From the NCBI GenBank assembly GCA_025465465.1, contig JAODND010000007.1, forward strand, positions 55,102 through 119,101: DNA of 64,000 bases. Reading direction: 5' to 3'. Shown one piece after another: positions 56,757 through 64,000 of this stretch; positions within the stretch are counted from its first letter, which is position 1; every line of letters begins with the position of its first letter. A program made the translations under genes and the position numbers. A model generated the notes under the pieces. The model saw only the letters and a list, made by a program, of their open reading frames with translations. It was not told the origin of the DNA and ran no database searches. The DNA comes from Frankiales bacterium (GTDB taxonomy: Bacteria > Actinomycetota > Actinomycetes > Mycobacteriales > SCTD01).

Positions 56757-57386
56757 GTGCCAAGACTGCGCGTGCACTGCCTGTCGATGTCGCTGGACGG
56801 CTTCGTCGCCGGACCCGACCAGGGACCTGACGACCCGCTCGGGAAGGGCGGCCCGGGCCTGCACGAGTGGGTGTTCGAGACCCGCGCCGGCCGAGCCATG
56901 ACCGGCGGCGAGGGCGGCACCGAGGGCCTCGACCACCGGATGGTCGCTGACGGCTTCACCGGGATCGGCGCGACCCTCATGGGCCGCAACATGTTCGGAC
57001 CCATCCGCGGTCCGTGGACCGGTGACTGGCAGGGATGGTGGGGGCCCAACCCGCCCTACCACCACCCGGTGTTCGTGCTGACCCACCACCCGCGGGAGCC
57101 GCTCGAGATGGACGGCGGCACCACGTTCCACTTCATCACCGACGGGCTCGAGTCCGCGCTGGAGCAGGCGTTCGCGGCCGCCGGCGGTCAGGACGTCCGA
57201 CTCGGCGGCGGTGCGGCGACGGTCCGCGCGTGCCTCGACAAGAAGCTCGTCGACGACCTGCACCTGGCCGTCGTCCCCATGGTGCTCGGCACCGGCGAGC
57301 AGCCGTTCGGGTCGCTCGCCGGCTACCGCGCCCTCCCGGTCGAGTCGGAGGGCGCGGTCGCGCACGTGCGCTTCACGAAGGCCTAG
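56757..57386 (+). CDS. RibD_C / dihydrofolate-reductase-like family protein
   Basis: LSMSLDGFVAGP...MGRNMF...; GGAGGAG 6 nt upstream of the GTG at 56757 (alt 56742). Confidence 0.75.
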   Translation: MPRLRVHCLSMSLDGFVAGPDQGPDDPLGKGGPGLHEWVFETRAGRAMTGGEGGTEGLDHRMVADGFTGIGATLMGRNMFGPIRGPWTGDWQGWWGPNPPYHHPVFVLTHHPREPLEMDGGTTFHFITDGLESALEQAFAAAGGQDVRLGGGAATVRACLDKKLVDDLHLAVVPMVLGTGEQPFGSLAGYRALPVESEGAVAHVRFTKA

Positions 57387-57742
57387 TAGTAACCGATCTC
57401 CTGCAGGCTCGTGACATAGCTGCCCATCAGCTCCTGCACGGCCTGGTCGGTACCACCGCCGTACACCTGGACCGTGAAGTCCTGCACGATGGCGGCGGCC
57501 TTCGCGTTGAGCGCGAGGGTCTCCGGCTCGACGGAGATCCGGACGAGCTCGTCGAGGTCGCCGCGGACGAGCATGAAGCCGCCTTCGCTGCCGGTGACTG
57601 CGAAGTACTCCTCGTGGGACTGGATGCGGCCCTGCTTCAGCAGCCCCTCGAACCGCTCGAGCGCCGCCCCGAAGACCTCCAGGCCCTTGGCCTCACGGCC
57701 TGGGACGCTGGACTTCCAACTGATGTGAATCGCACCGTTCAT
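57383..57742 (-). CDS. hypothetical protein (119 aa)
   Basis: ATG preceded by GAAGGGGGG; high GC3; no motif recognised; its stop overlaps the convergent gene by 4 nt. Confidence 0.55.
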   Translation of the reverse strand: MNGAIHISWKSSVPGREAKGLEVFGAALERFEGLLKQGRIQSHEEYFAVTGSEGGFMLVRGDLDELVRISVEPETLALNAKAAAIVQDFTVQVYGGGTDQAVQELMGSYVTSLQEIGYY

Positions 57743-57864
57743 GGGTGCCCCCCTTCAGGTACGACGGACTCTCCTCCGGCGCCCGGCACCCGACAAGGGT
57801 CAGCCGAGCCGGCGTTCCAGGGCATAGCGGACGAGGTGGTACCTGTCGTCCGGCAAAGGCTGCG

Positions 57865-58602
57865 TCAGCTGGCGCGGCGCTGCGAGGGTGCATCGCTGAC
57901 GAGGGCCTCGCCGGCCGCCAGCCGCGCGTCCTCGATGTCAGCCTTGGCCTTCGTGGCGTACTGGTCGACGTACTCCTGGCCGGACAGCAGCATCAGCTCG
58001 TACATGATCTCGTCGGTGATGCTGCGGAGGACGAAGCGGTCGCCCTCCATGCCCTGGTACCTCGAGAAGTCGAGCGGTCGGCCGACCTTGATGCCGACCC
58101 GGCCGAGCCGCGGGATGACCTTGCCGGTGGGCTGCACGACATCGGTGATGATCATGGCGACCGGGATGACAGGGACGCCGGCCTCGAGCGCCATCCGGGC
58201 CACGCCGGTCTTGCCGCGGTAGAGCCGGCCGTCGGGGCTGCGGGTGCCCTCGGGATAGAGCCCGAGCAGGTTGCCGTCGGCGAGGATGCGCTTGGCGGTG
58301 CGCAGCGCGGCGTCGGACGCGGCCCCGCCGGAGCGGTCGATCGGCACCTGGCCGACGCCGGCGAAGAACGCCTTGTTGAGCCTGCCCTTGATGCCCTTGC
58401 CCGTGAAGTAGTCGGCCTTGGCGAGGAAGGTCACCCGGCGCGGGATCACGAGCGGCAAGAAGATCGAGTCACTGAAGCTCAGGTGGTTGCTGGCGAGGAT
58501 CGCCGCGCCGTCGGACGGGATGTGCTCGGGGTGGTCGATCCACGGCCGGAAGAGGGTGCGCAGGATGGGTGTCAAGATCGCCTTGACCACCCAGTAGAAC
58601 AC
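57865..58602 (-). CDS. plsC: 1-acyl-sn-glycerol-3-phosphate acyltransferase
   Basis: NHLSFSD (HX4D) and YPEGTRS motifs. Confidence 0.85.
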   Translation of the reverse strand: MFYWVVKAILTPILRTLFRPWIDHPEHIPSDGAAILASNHLSFSDSIFLPLVIPRRVTFLAKADYFTGKGIKGRLNKAFFAGVGQVPIDRSGGAASDAALRTAKRILADGNLLGLYPEGTRSPDGRLYRGKTGVARMALEAGVPVIPVAMIITDVVQPTGKVIPRLGRVGIKVGRPLDFSRYQGMEGDRFVLRSITDEIMYELMLLSGQEYVDQYATKAKADIEDARLAAGEALVSDAPSQRRAS

Positions 58603-58700
58603 CCGAGACTCCTTCTCTGAACCATCAGCCGACCCCCTCGACCCTAAGCCCTCCGGCGTCCCCTACGCCACGGCCGTGGCCGACGTGCGACGATCCGGGG

Positions 58701-59453
58701 GTGCCAGAACTCAGCGTGATGCCGGGCGCCGAGCCCATCGACCTGCCCGGTGGCCCGGTGGGGGTCGTGCTCAGCCACGGCTTCACCGGGACCACCCAGT
58801 CCATGCGCCCCTGGGCCGAGCACCTGGCCGCTGCGGGCTTCACGGTCAAGGCCCCCCGGCTCCCCGGCCACGGGACCTCTGTACAGGACATGAACACCAC
58901 CCGCTTCGCGGACTGGTACGCCGAGGTGGAGCGGTCCTTCGACGACCTGCTGACGCGGTGTACGACGGTCTTCGCGATGGGCCTGTCGATGGGCGGCACC
59001 CTGGTGCTGCGGCTGGCCGAGCTGCGCCCCGAGGTGGCCGGTCTGGTCATCGTCAACGCCTCGCTCGCGACCGAGCGCAAGGACGCCAAGCTGCTGCCGC
59101 TGCTGGCCAGGGTCGTGCCGTCATTCCCGGGCATCGCGAGCGACATCAAGAAGCCCGGCGTCACCGAGCTCGCCTACCCGAAGATCGCGCTGAAGGCCGC
59201 GCTGTCGATGCAGCAGAGCTGGCCGGTCGTCCGGGCCGACCTGCCCAAGATCACCTGCCCGGTGCTGGCCTTCCGGTCTGCCGTCGACCACGTCGTGGAG
59301 CCGGTCTCCGGCCGGCTGCTGCGCGAGGGCTGCGTGCACGCCGAGGAGGTCGTGCTCGAGGACAGCTACCACGTGGCCACCCTCGACAACGACGCCCCAC
59401 GGATCTTCGAGGGCTCCGTCGAGTTCATCCGCAAGCACACTGCACAGGCATGA
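58701..59453 (+). CDS. alpha/beta hydrolase (carboxylesterase / monoacylglycerol-lipase-like)
   Basis: HGFTG oxyanion motif, GLSMGG nucleophile elbow, late His (SYHV). Confidence 0.8.
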   Translation: MPELSVMPGAEPIDLPGGPVGVVLSHGFTGTTQSMRPWAEHLAAAGFTVKAPRLPGHGTSVQDMNTTRFADWYAEVERSFDDLLTRCTTVFAMGLSMGGTLVLRLAELRPEVAGLVIVNASLATERKDAKLLPLLARVVPSFPGIASDIKKPGVTELAYPKIALKAALSMQQSWPVVRADLPKITCPVLAFRSAVDHVVEPVSGRLLREGCVHAEEVVLEDSYHVATLDNDAPRIFEGSVEFIRKHTAQA

Positions 59454-59462
59454 CGAAGCCCC

Positions 59463-60320
59463 ATGACCGTTCCCGCTGACGGCGGCCGCCGCGACAACGG
59501 CCTGCATGCCACCGAGTGGGGAGCCCTCGTCGACCTCGACCCGCGGCTGTCCGACTCGCTGCTCGACAGTCTCGCCGCCGAGGGCGTACCCGCCTATGTC
59601 GAACCAGCCCACGACACCGACAGCTATACCCGCGCGACGACCCTGCCCAAGCGGCCGCTCGACCGGCTCTGGGTCGACCCGTCCCAGGCCGACCTGGCGC
59701 GGGCCTGCGTCGCCGCCGAGGTCGCCGACCTCGCTGCGCTACTGGAGCCGGGCACGTCACCCTCCGGCCTGGTCCGGCCGGTTCCGCGTACGGCGGCAGC
59801 GCGGGTCCTTGCCCCGCCCGAGCTGCCGACCGCCGCCACCAGCCCCGTCGAGCCACCCGTCGGCGGCGACGCGCTGCCCAGCGACGACGAGCTGTTCCGG
59901 CAGATCGTGGCGGGCTTCAGCGCCGACACCGACGACCCGGTGCCGCGCTGGCCGGTGTCGGAGGATGTCGACCCGTCCGCGCCGACCGAGGCGCCTCGGC
60001 GGCGTCGGGCTGACCGCTCCTCCTCCTCCGAGGGCCTGCCCTCGTGGGTCGAGCCGGACGCCCTCCCTGACGAGGGCCACTACGAGCCGCCGCCGGCACC
60101 GCGGATCGGACGACCGCGGCCGCGCACGATCGGCGCCGTGCTCATGATCGTGCTCGGCTTCGCCGCGATCTTCGCGCCGTTCGCCCTCGGGCTCTCCGAC
60201 GACGGCCTGTCCCTCGTCCTCGGGCTCGTCCTGACCGTCGGGGGTGCCGCCGTGCTCGTGGGGTCGATGCGCGATGCTCCTCCGACCGACAGCGGACCTG
60301 ACGACGGAGCCGTCGTCTGA
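59463..60320 (+). CDS. Pro/Asp-rich protein with two C-terminal TM segments, unknown function
   Basis: High GC3; C-terminal IGAVLMIVLGFAAIFAPFALGL...LVLGLVLTVGGAAVLV. Confidence 0.5.
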   Translation: MTVPADGGRRDNGLHATEWGALVDLDPRLSDSLLDSLAAEGVPAYVEPAHDTDSYTRATTLPKRPLDRLWVDPSQADLARACVAAEVADLAALLEPGTSPSGLVRPVPRTAAARVLAPPELPTAATSPVEPPVGGDALPSDDELFRQIVAGFSADTDDPVPRWPVSEDVDPSAPTEAPRRRRADRSSSSEGLPSWVEPDALPDEGHYEPPPAPRIGRPRPRTIGAVLMIVLGFAAIFAPFALGLSDDGLSLVLGLVLTVGGAAVLVGSMRDAPPTDSGPDDGAVV

Positions 60321-60336
60321 TCACGAGGGAGTGCCT

Positions 60337-61566
60337 GTGACCGCCAGTGAGAGCCTGGAAGCCCGTGGGCACCTGATGGACTCGGGCGTGCTGGCGTCGG
60401 TGCTCGACGACGTGCTGGCCTACGGCGGCGACTACCGCATCGACCAGCTCGACGTCGGCAAGCGGCACGAAGACGAATCGTATGCCCGGATCATCGTGTC
60501 GGCCGACGACGACGAGTCGCTGCAGCGGCTCCTGATGCGGCTGCAGATCCACGGCATGAACCAGGTCGACCCGGGTGAGGCGGTGCTGCGGCCGTGCGAC
60601 CGCGACGGCGTCTTCCCCGACGACTTCTACTCGACCACCAACCTCGAGACCGTCGTCCGGCTCGGCGGTCAGTGGGTGCCGGTCGAGCAGCCCGAGATGG
60701 ACTGCGGCCTCGTCGTCAAGGGCGAGCGGGTCCACACCGTGCCGGTGTCGGACGTGCGCACCGGCCAGCAGGTCGTGTGCGGAGCCTCCGGCGTCAAGGT
60801 GGTGCTGCCGGTGCGGGAGCACTCGACGTCGGAGGACGCCTTCGGGTTCATGGGCTCGACCGTCTCGTCGGAGAAGCCGCAGGCCCTGCTGGTACGGCAG
60901 ATCGCGCAGCGGATGCGCGAGGTCAAGGGCGACGGCCAGAAGGTCCTGTGGGTCGGCGGACCCGGCATCGTGCACACCGGCGCGGCGCCGGCGTTCACCA
61001 CCTTGGTCGAGGCGGGCTATGTCGACGTGCTGTTCGCCGGCAACGCCCTGGCCACCCACGACATCGAGGCGGCGCTCTACGGCACGTCGCTGGGCGTCGA
61101 CCTCACGATGGGCCGGGGCGTCGAGCACGGCCACGAGCACCACATCCGCGCCATCAACACGATCCGCCGTGAGGGCTCGATCGCGGCCGCCGTCAACAGC
61201 GGCGTGCTGACGAGCGGCATCATGCACTCGTTGGTCAAGGGCGGCCACAAGATCGTGCTCGTCGGCTCCGTGCGCGACGACGGCCCGCTGCCCGACGTCT
61301 ACACCGACGTCATCGAGGGCCAGCGCGCGATGCGGGCCGAGCTGCCCGGCGTCGGCTTCGCCATCATGGTCGCGACGATGCTGCACTCCATCGCCACCGG
61401 CAACATCCTGCCCGCATCGGTCCCGCTGGTCTGCGTCGACATCAACCCGGCGACCGTCACCAAGCTCGCGGACCGCGGCAGCGCCCAGGCCGTCGGCATC
61501 GTCACCGACATCGGCCTGTTCCTCGAGCAACTAGCCCGCGAGCTCGTCCCTTCGTACCGCTCCTAA
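60337..61566 (+). CDS. LOR/SDH-domain (TIGR00300-like) protein, putative ornithine cyclodeaminase-type enzyme
   Basis: GHLMDSGVL...YRI N-domain and deoxyhypusine-synthase-like C-domain (VLWVGGPGIVHTG...LFAGNALATHD); GAGGGA SD before the GTG at 60337. Confidence 0.7.
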   Translation: MTASESLEARGHLMDSGVLASVLDDVLAYGGDYRIDQLDVGKRHEDESYARIIVSADDDESLQRLLMRLQIHGMNQVDPGEAVLRPCDRDGVFPDDFYSTTNLETVVRLGGQWVPVEQPEMDCGLVVKGERVHTVPVSDVRTGQQVVCGASGVKVVLPVREHSTSEDAFGFMGSTVSSEKPQALLVRQIAQRMREVKGDGQKVLWVGGPGIVHTGAAPAFTTLVEAGYVDVLFAGNALATHDIEAALYGTSLGVDLTMGRGVEHGHEHHIRAINTIRREGSIAAAVNSGVLTSGIMHSLVKGGHKIVLVGSVRDDGPLPDVYTDVIEGQRAMRAELPGVGFAIMVATMLHSIATGNILPASVPLVCVDINPATVTKLADRGSAQAVGIVTDIGLFLEQLARELVPSYRS

Positions 61567-61575
61567 CCCCCCGCC

Positions 61576-61636
61576 GTGGATGTGGACAGGTGGGGTGCCT
61601 GGACGCACTCTCGCGACCCCATCTGTCTACATTCAC
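61576..61636 (+). repeat. long hairpin element, copy B (21-nt arms incl. 3 G-U pairs on the plus strand, 19-nt loop)
   Basis: GTGGATGTGGACAGGTGGGGT ... ACCCCATCTGTCTACATTCAC, preceded by TAA-CCCCCC. Confidence 0.85.
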
Positions 61637-62553
61637 GGCGTGATCCGGGTGCCGGCCTTGCCGGACAGGATGGCGGCGGCATCGGAGAGGGCACCGATGG
61701 CGGCCGCGCCACCCGCGCGTACGAAGGACACGCAGGCCTCGACCTTCGGGCCCATCGAGCCCTCGGGAAACTCCCCGGCCCGCAGCCAGCCCAGAGCCTC
61801 CGCCACCGTCATCGTCGACAGCCCGCGCGCGGCAGCCGTCCCGTAGCCGATCTGCACCTGCGCCGCCTCGGTCAGCACCAGGAGCAGGTCGGCGCCGACG
61901 GACGTGGCGAGCAGCGCGGCGGTGCGGTCCTTGTCGATGACGGCCTCGACACCGCGCAGCTGCCCGCGGTACTCCACGACCGGCACCCCACCGCCACCGG
62001 CCGCGACGACGACGTGGCCGCTGTCGACGAGTGCCCGCAGCGGCTCGTCCTCGACGATCCGCAGCGGTCGGGGTGACGCGACGACCCGGCGCCAGCGACC
62101 GTCGGGCTGGATCGCGAACACATGGCCCGAGGCCTGCGCGATCGCCTGCGCCTCCGGCCGCTCATAAGAGGGGCCCACCGGTTTGGAGGGCCGACGGAAC
62201 GCAGCCGACCGGCCGTCCACCACCACCTGGGTGAGGAGCGACAGCACCCGCGTCGGGCGGGGCAGCGCGTTGTCGAGCGCCTGGGCGACGAGGTAGCCGA
62301 GCTGCCCTTGCGAGAGCGCCCCGCAGACGTCCATCGGCATGGGGGGTACGTCGGCCGCGGCCCGCTCCTGCTGCAGCAGCAGCCGGCCGACCTGCGGCCC
62401 GTTCCCGTGGGTGAGCACGAGCGAGTGCCCGTCGGTGACCAGTGCGGCCAAAGCGGAAGCGGCCACCGACAGCGACGAGCGCATCTCCTCGACGGAGCCG
62501 GTGCCGCCGGCAGGGGACAGCGCGTTGCCCCCGAGGGCGACGACCAGCCGCAC
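61633..62553 (-). CDS. arcC: carbamate kinase
   Basis: VVALGGNAL, THGNGPQVG, GGGGVPV, IDKD motifs; GTG at 62553. Confidence 0.85.
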   Translation of the reverse strand: MRLVVALGGNALSPAGGTGSVEEMRSSLSVAASALAALVTDGHSLVLTHGNGPQVGRLLLQQERAAADVPPMPMDVCGALSQGQLGYLVAQALDNALPRPTRVLSLLTQVVVDGRSAAFRRPSKPVGPSYERPEAQAIAQASGHVFAIQPDGRWRRVVASPRPLRIVEDEPLRALVDSGHVVVAAGGGGVPVVEYRGQLRGVEAVIDKDRTAALLATSVGADLLLVLTEAAQVQIGYGTAAARGLSTMTVAEALGWLRAGEFPEGSMGPKVEACVSFVRAGGAAAIGALSDAAAILSGKAGTRITP

Positions 62554-62554
62554 G

Positions 62555-63499
62555 TCAGCCGAGTCGAGCGAGGTCGGCCGCGCCGACCATGCCGGCCCAG
62601 TTGCCGAGCGACGCGTGCCGGATCTCCGGCCGCGGGCGGAAGCCGGTGCCGGTGAGGACGTGCCCGAAGTGCCGGCGGGCGGGGTCGAGCAGCAGGTCGC
62701 CGGCGTCGGCGACGCCGCCACCCACGACGAAGGCGCCTGGGTCGAGCATGGCCGCAAGGTTCGCGAGCCCCTGGCCGAGCCAGTGCCCGACGACGGAGAA
62801 GCACTCGAGCGCGGCGGGGTCGCCCTCGATCGCGGCCTTCGTGACCTCGGGCGCCTCGATGCCCTCGGGCTTGCCGTCGCCGAGCTCGAGCAGCCGCCTG
62901 CCATAGACCTTCTGCACGTCGGCGATCTCGCGGGCCTCGTGCAGCAGCGCCCGCCCGGAGCAGTACTGCTCCCAGCAGCCGCTCTGGCCGCACCCGCACC
63001 GCCGCCCGTCCTCGACCACCTGCATGTGCCCGAACTCCGCGCCGATGCCGAACCGCCCCCGGAACAGCGCGCCGTCGAGCACCATGCCGCCACCGATGCC
63101 GGTGCCGACGGTCACGCACACCATGTGCGACTCGCCCTGGCCGGCGCCGAAGCGGTATTCGCCCCAAGCGGCGGCGTTGGCGTCGTTCTCGACGACGACG
63201 GGCAGGTCGACGAGCTTGGCGACCTCGTCGCGCAGCGGCTCGTCACGCCAGGCGAGGTTGGGCGCGAACAGCACCGTGGAGCGGCCCGCGTCGATGAAGC
63301 CGGCCGCGCCGATGCCGACCGCGACGACGTCGTGGTCCTTGCGGAGCCGCTGCACGCAGTCGGCGATCGTCTTTTCAACGGCGGCGGGGTCGGTGCTGGG
63401 CGTGGGCTGGCGCAGGTCGGCGATGACCCGGCCCTTCTCGTCGACGACCCCCGCGGCCACCTTGGTGCCGCCGACGTCGACGCCGATCGCGAGCGACAC
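62555..63499 (-). CDS. glk: ROK-family glucokinase
   Basis: GVDVGGTK, ENDANAAAWGE, GTGIGGG, CGCGQSGCWE zinc motif; GTG at 63499. Confidence 0.9.
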   Translation of the reverse strand: MSLAIGVDVGGTKVAAGVVDEKGRVIADLRQPTPSTDPAAVEKTIADCVQRLRKDHDVVAVGIGAAGFIDAGRSTVLFAPNLAWRDEPLRDEVAKLVDLPVVVENDANAAAWGEYRFGAGQGESHMVCVTVGTGIGGGMVLDGALFRGRFGIGAEFGHMQVVEDGRRCGCGQSGCWEQYCSGRALLHEAREIADVQKVYGRRLLELGDGKPEGIEAPEVTKAAIEGDPAALECFSVVGHWLGQGLANLAAMLDPGAFVVGGGVADAGDLLLDPARRHFGHVLTGTGFRPRPEIRHASLGNWAGMVGAADLARLG

Positions 63500-63500
63500 G

Positions 63501-63797
63501 TCAGCCCTCCCGGATGTCGATGGGTTCCACCCGTGACGAGGATCCACCCGCGGTGGCAGGTGCGGCTACTGCTGACTTCAGCGCGGCGACGAACGAGGCG
63601 ACGGCGTCGAGCAGGTGCTCGGTCGTCTCGGGCTTCACCTGGCGCAGCAGCGCGATGCCCTGGCACACCGGGCAGACCTGGCACTCCGCCCCGCCGGTGG
63701 CGAGGTGCTCGCCGTCGAAGCGGGTGCGCGCCCACTCCTGTACGGCCGACAACAGCCGCGCCGCCTCTTCGGCGGCGCTCCCCACCTGCTCAGACAT
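63501..63797 (-). CDS. small conserved protein (DUF5304-like) with CxxCPxC motif
   Basis: 98 aa; ECQVCPVCQ; sits upstream of glk as in other actinobacteria (recollection). Confidence 0.5.
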   Translation of the reverse strand: MSEQVGSAAEEAARLLSAVQEWARTRFDGEHLATGGAECQVCPVCQGIALLRQVKPETTEHLLDAVASFVAALKSAVAAPATAGGSSSRVEPIDIREG

Positions 63798-64000
63798 GGG
63801 CCCTCCACTGCGCGGGGTCTGGTTCGAACCGCACGACCAGCCGGTCCTCGACGAGCCGCGCTCCGGCGACCGAGCAGCGCCGCAGCGCCGCAGGCAGCGA
63901 CAGCAGCCGGCGGTGTCCGCCCAGCGTCACGACGAGGTCGTCGCCGCTGCGGGCCAGCTCGAGGTCTTCGATGCGGGCGAGCGGGAGCGCCAGCGACAGC
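63790..64000 (-). CDS. ArsA-family ATPase, C-terminal HSP20-like domain (partial, runs off the window)
   Basis: My translation is ...IEDLELARSGDDLVVTLGGHRRLLSLPAALRRCSVAGARLVEDRLVVRFEPDPAQWRAHV*. The TGA overlaps the next ATG (ATGTCTGA). Confidence 0.5.
   Translation of the reverse strand, partial: LSLALPLARIEDLELARSGDDLVVTLGGHRRLLSLPAALRRCSVAGARLVEDRLVVRFEPDPAQWRAHV

Noticed and set aside
54860-57365. 729-aa and 355-aa minus-strand ORFs opposite glpK and the RibD_C gene
   Set aside because: They are antisense to strongly motif-supported genes, with Arg/Pro-rich composition.

Overview
Very GC-rich (about 70% or more by eye) actinobacterial chromosomal segment, densely coding on both strands. 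I recognise no rRNA, tRNA, CRISPR array or transposase.

Two conserved core blocks:
- 1.5-14.4 kb: coproporphyrin-dependent heme genes hemE/hemY/hemQ with DUF3000 and RNase D.
- 39-64 kb: PASTA Ser/Thr kinase, nfo, two DAHP synthases, HelD-like helicase, pfkA, RNase AS, glpK, plsC, glk.

Accessory modules:
- 7.2-12 kb: a translationally coupled S8 peptidase / polytopic GAF membrane protein / HisKA_3 kinase operon with a divergent LuxR-type response regulator.
- 17.4-23.9 kb: a type III PKS operon (idi, UbiG-like methyltransferase, ACAD-fold flavoprotein, PKS), separated from a LuxR-P450 pair by an HNH/DUF222 gene.
- 24.1-35.7 kb: a ten-gene minus-strand operon in which every junction overlaps, under a divergent TetR. 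It combines a Liv-type ABC importer with two paralogous binding proteins, a MelB/MFSD2-like MFS transporter, a sphingosine-1-phosphate-lyase-like PLP enzyme, a DSD1-type PLP enzyme and two unknown membrane/secreted proteins.

A TPP riboswitch precedes thiG-thiH.

Non-coding highlights:
- a two-copy hairpin family placed right after stop codons, with compensatory stem changes;
- a perfect 21-bp AT-rich inverted repeat;
- several in-frame coding tandem repeats;
- recurrent TANNNT boxes 6-8 nt upstream of start codons (leaderless-type promoters).

Limits: all family assignments come from motif recognition by eye, and no database search was possible. Many long ORFs in the supplied track are antisense or GC artefacts and were not called.
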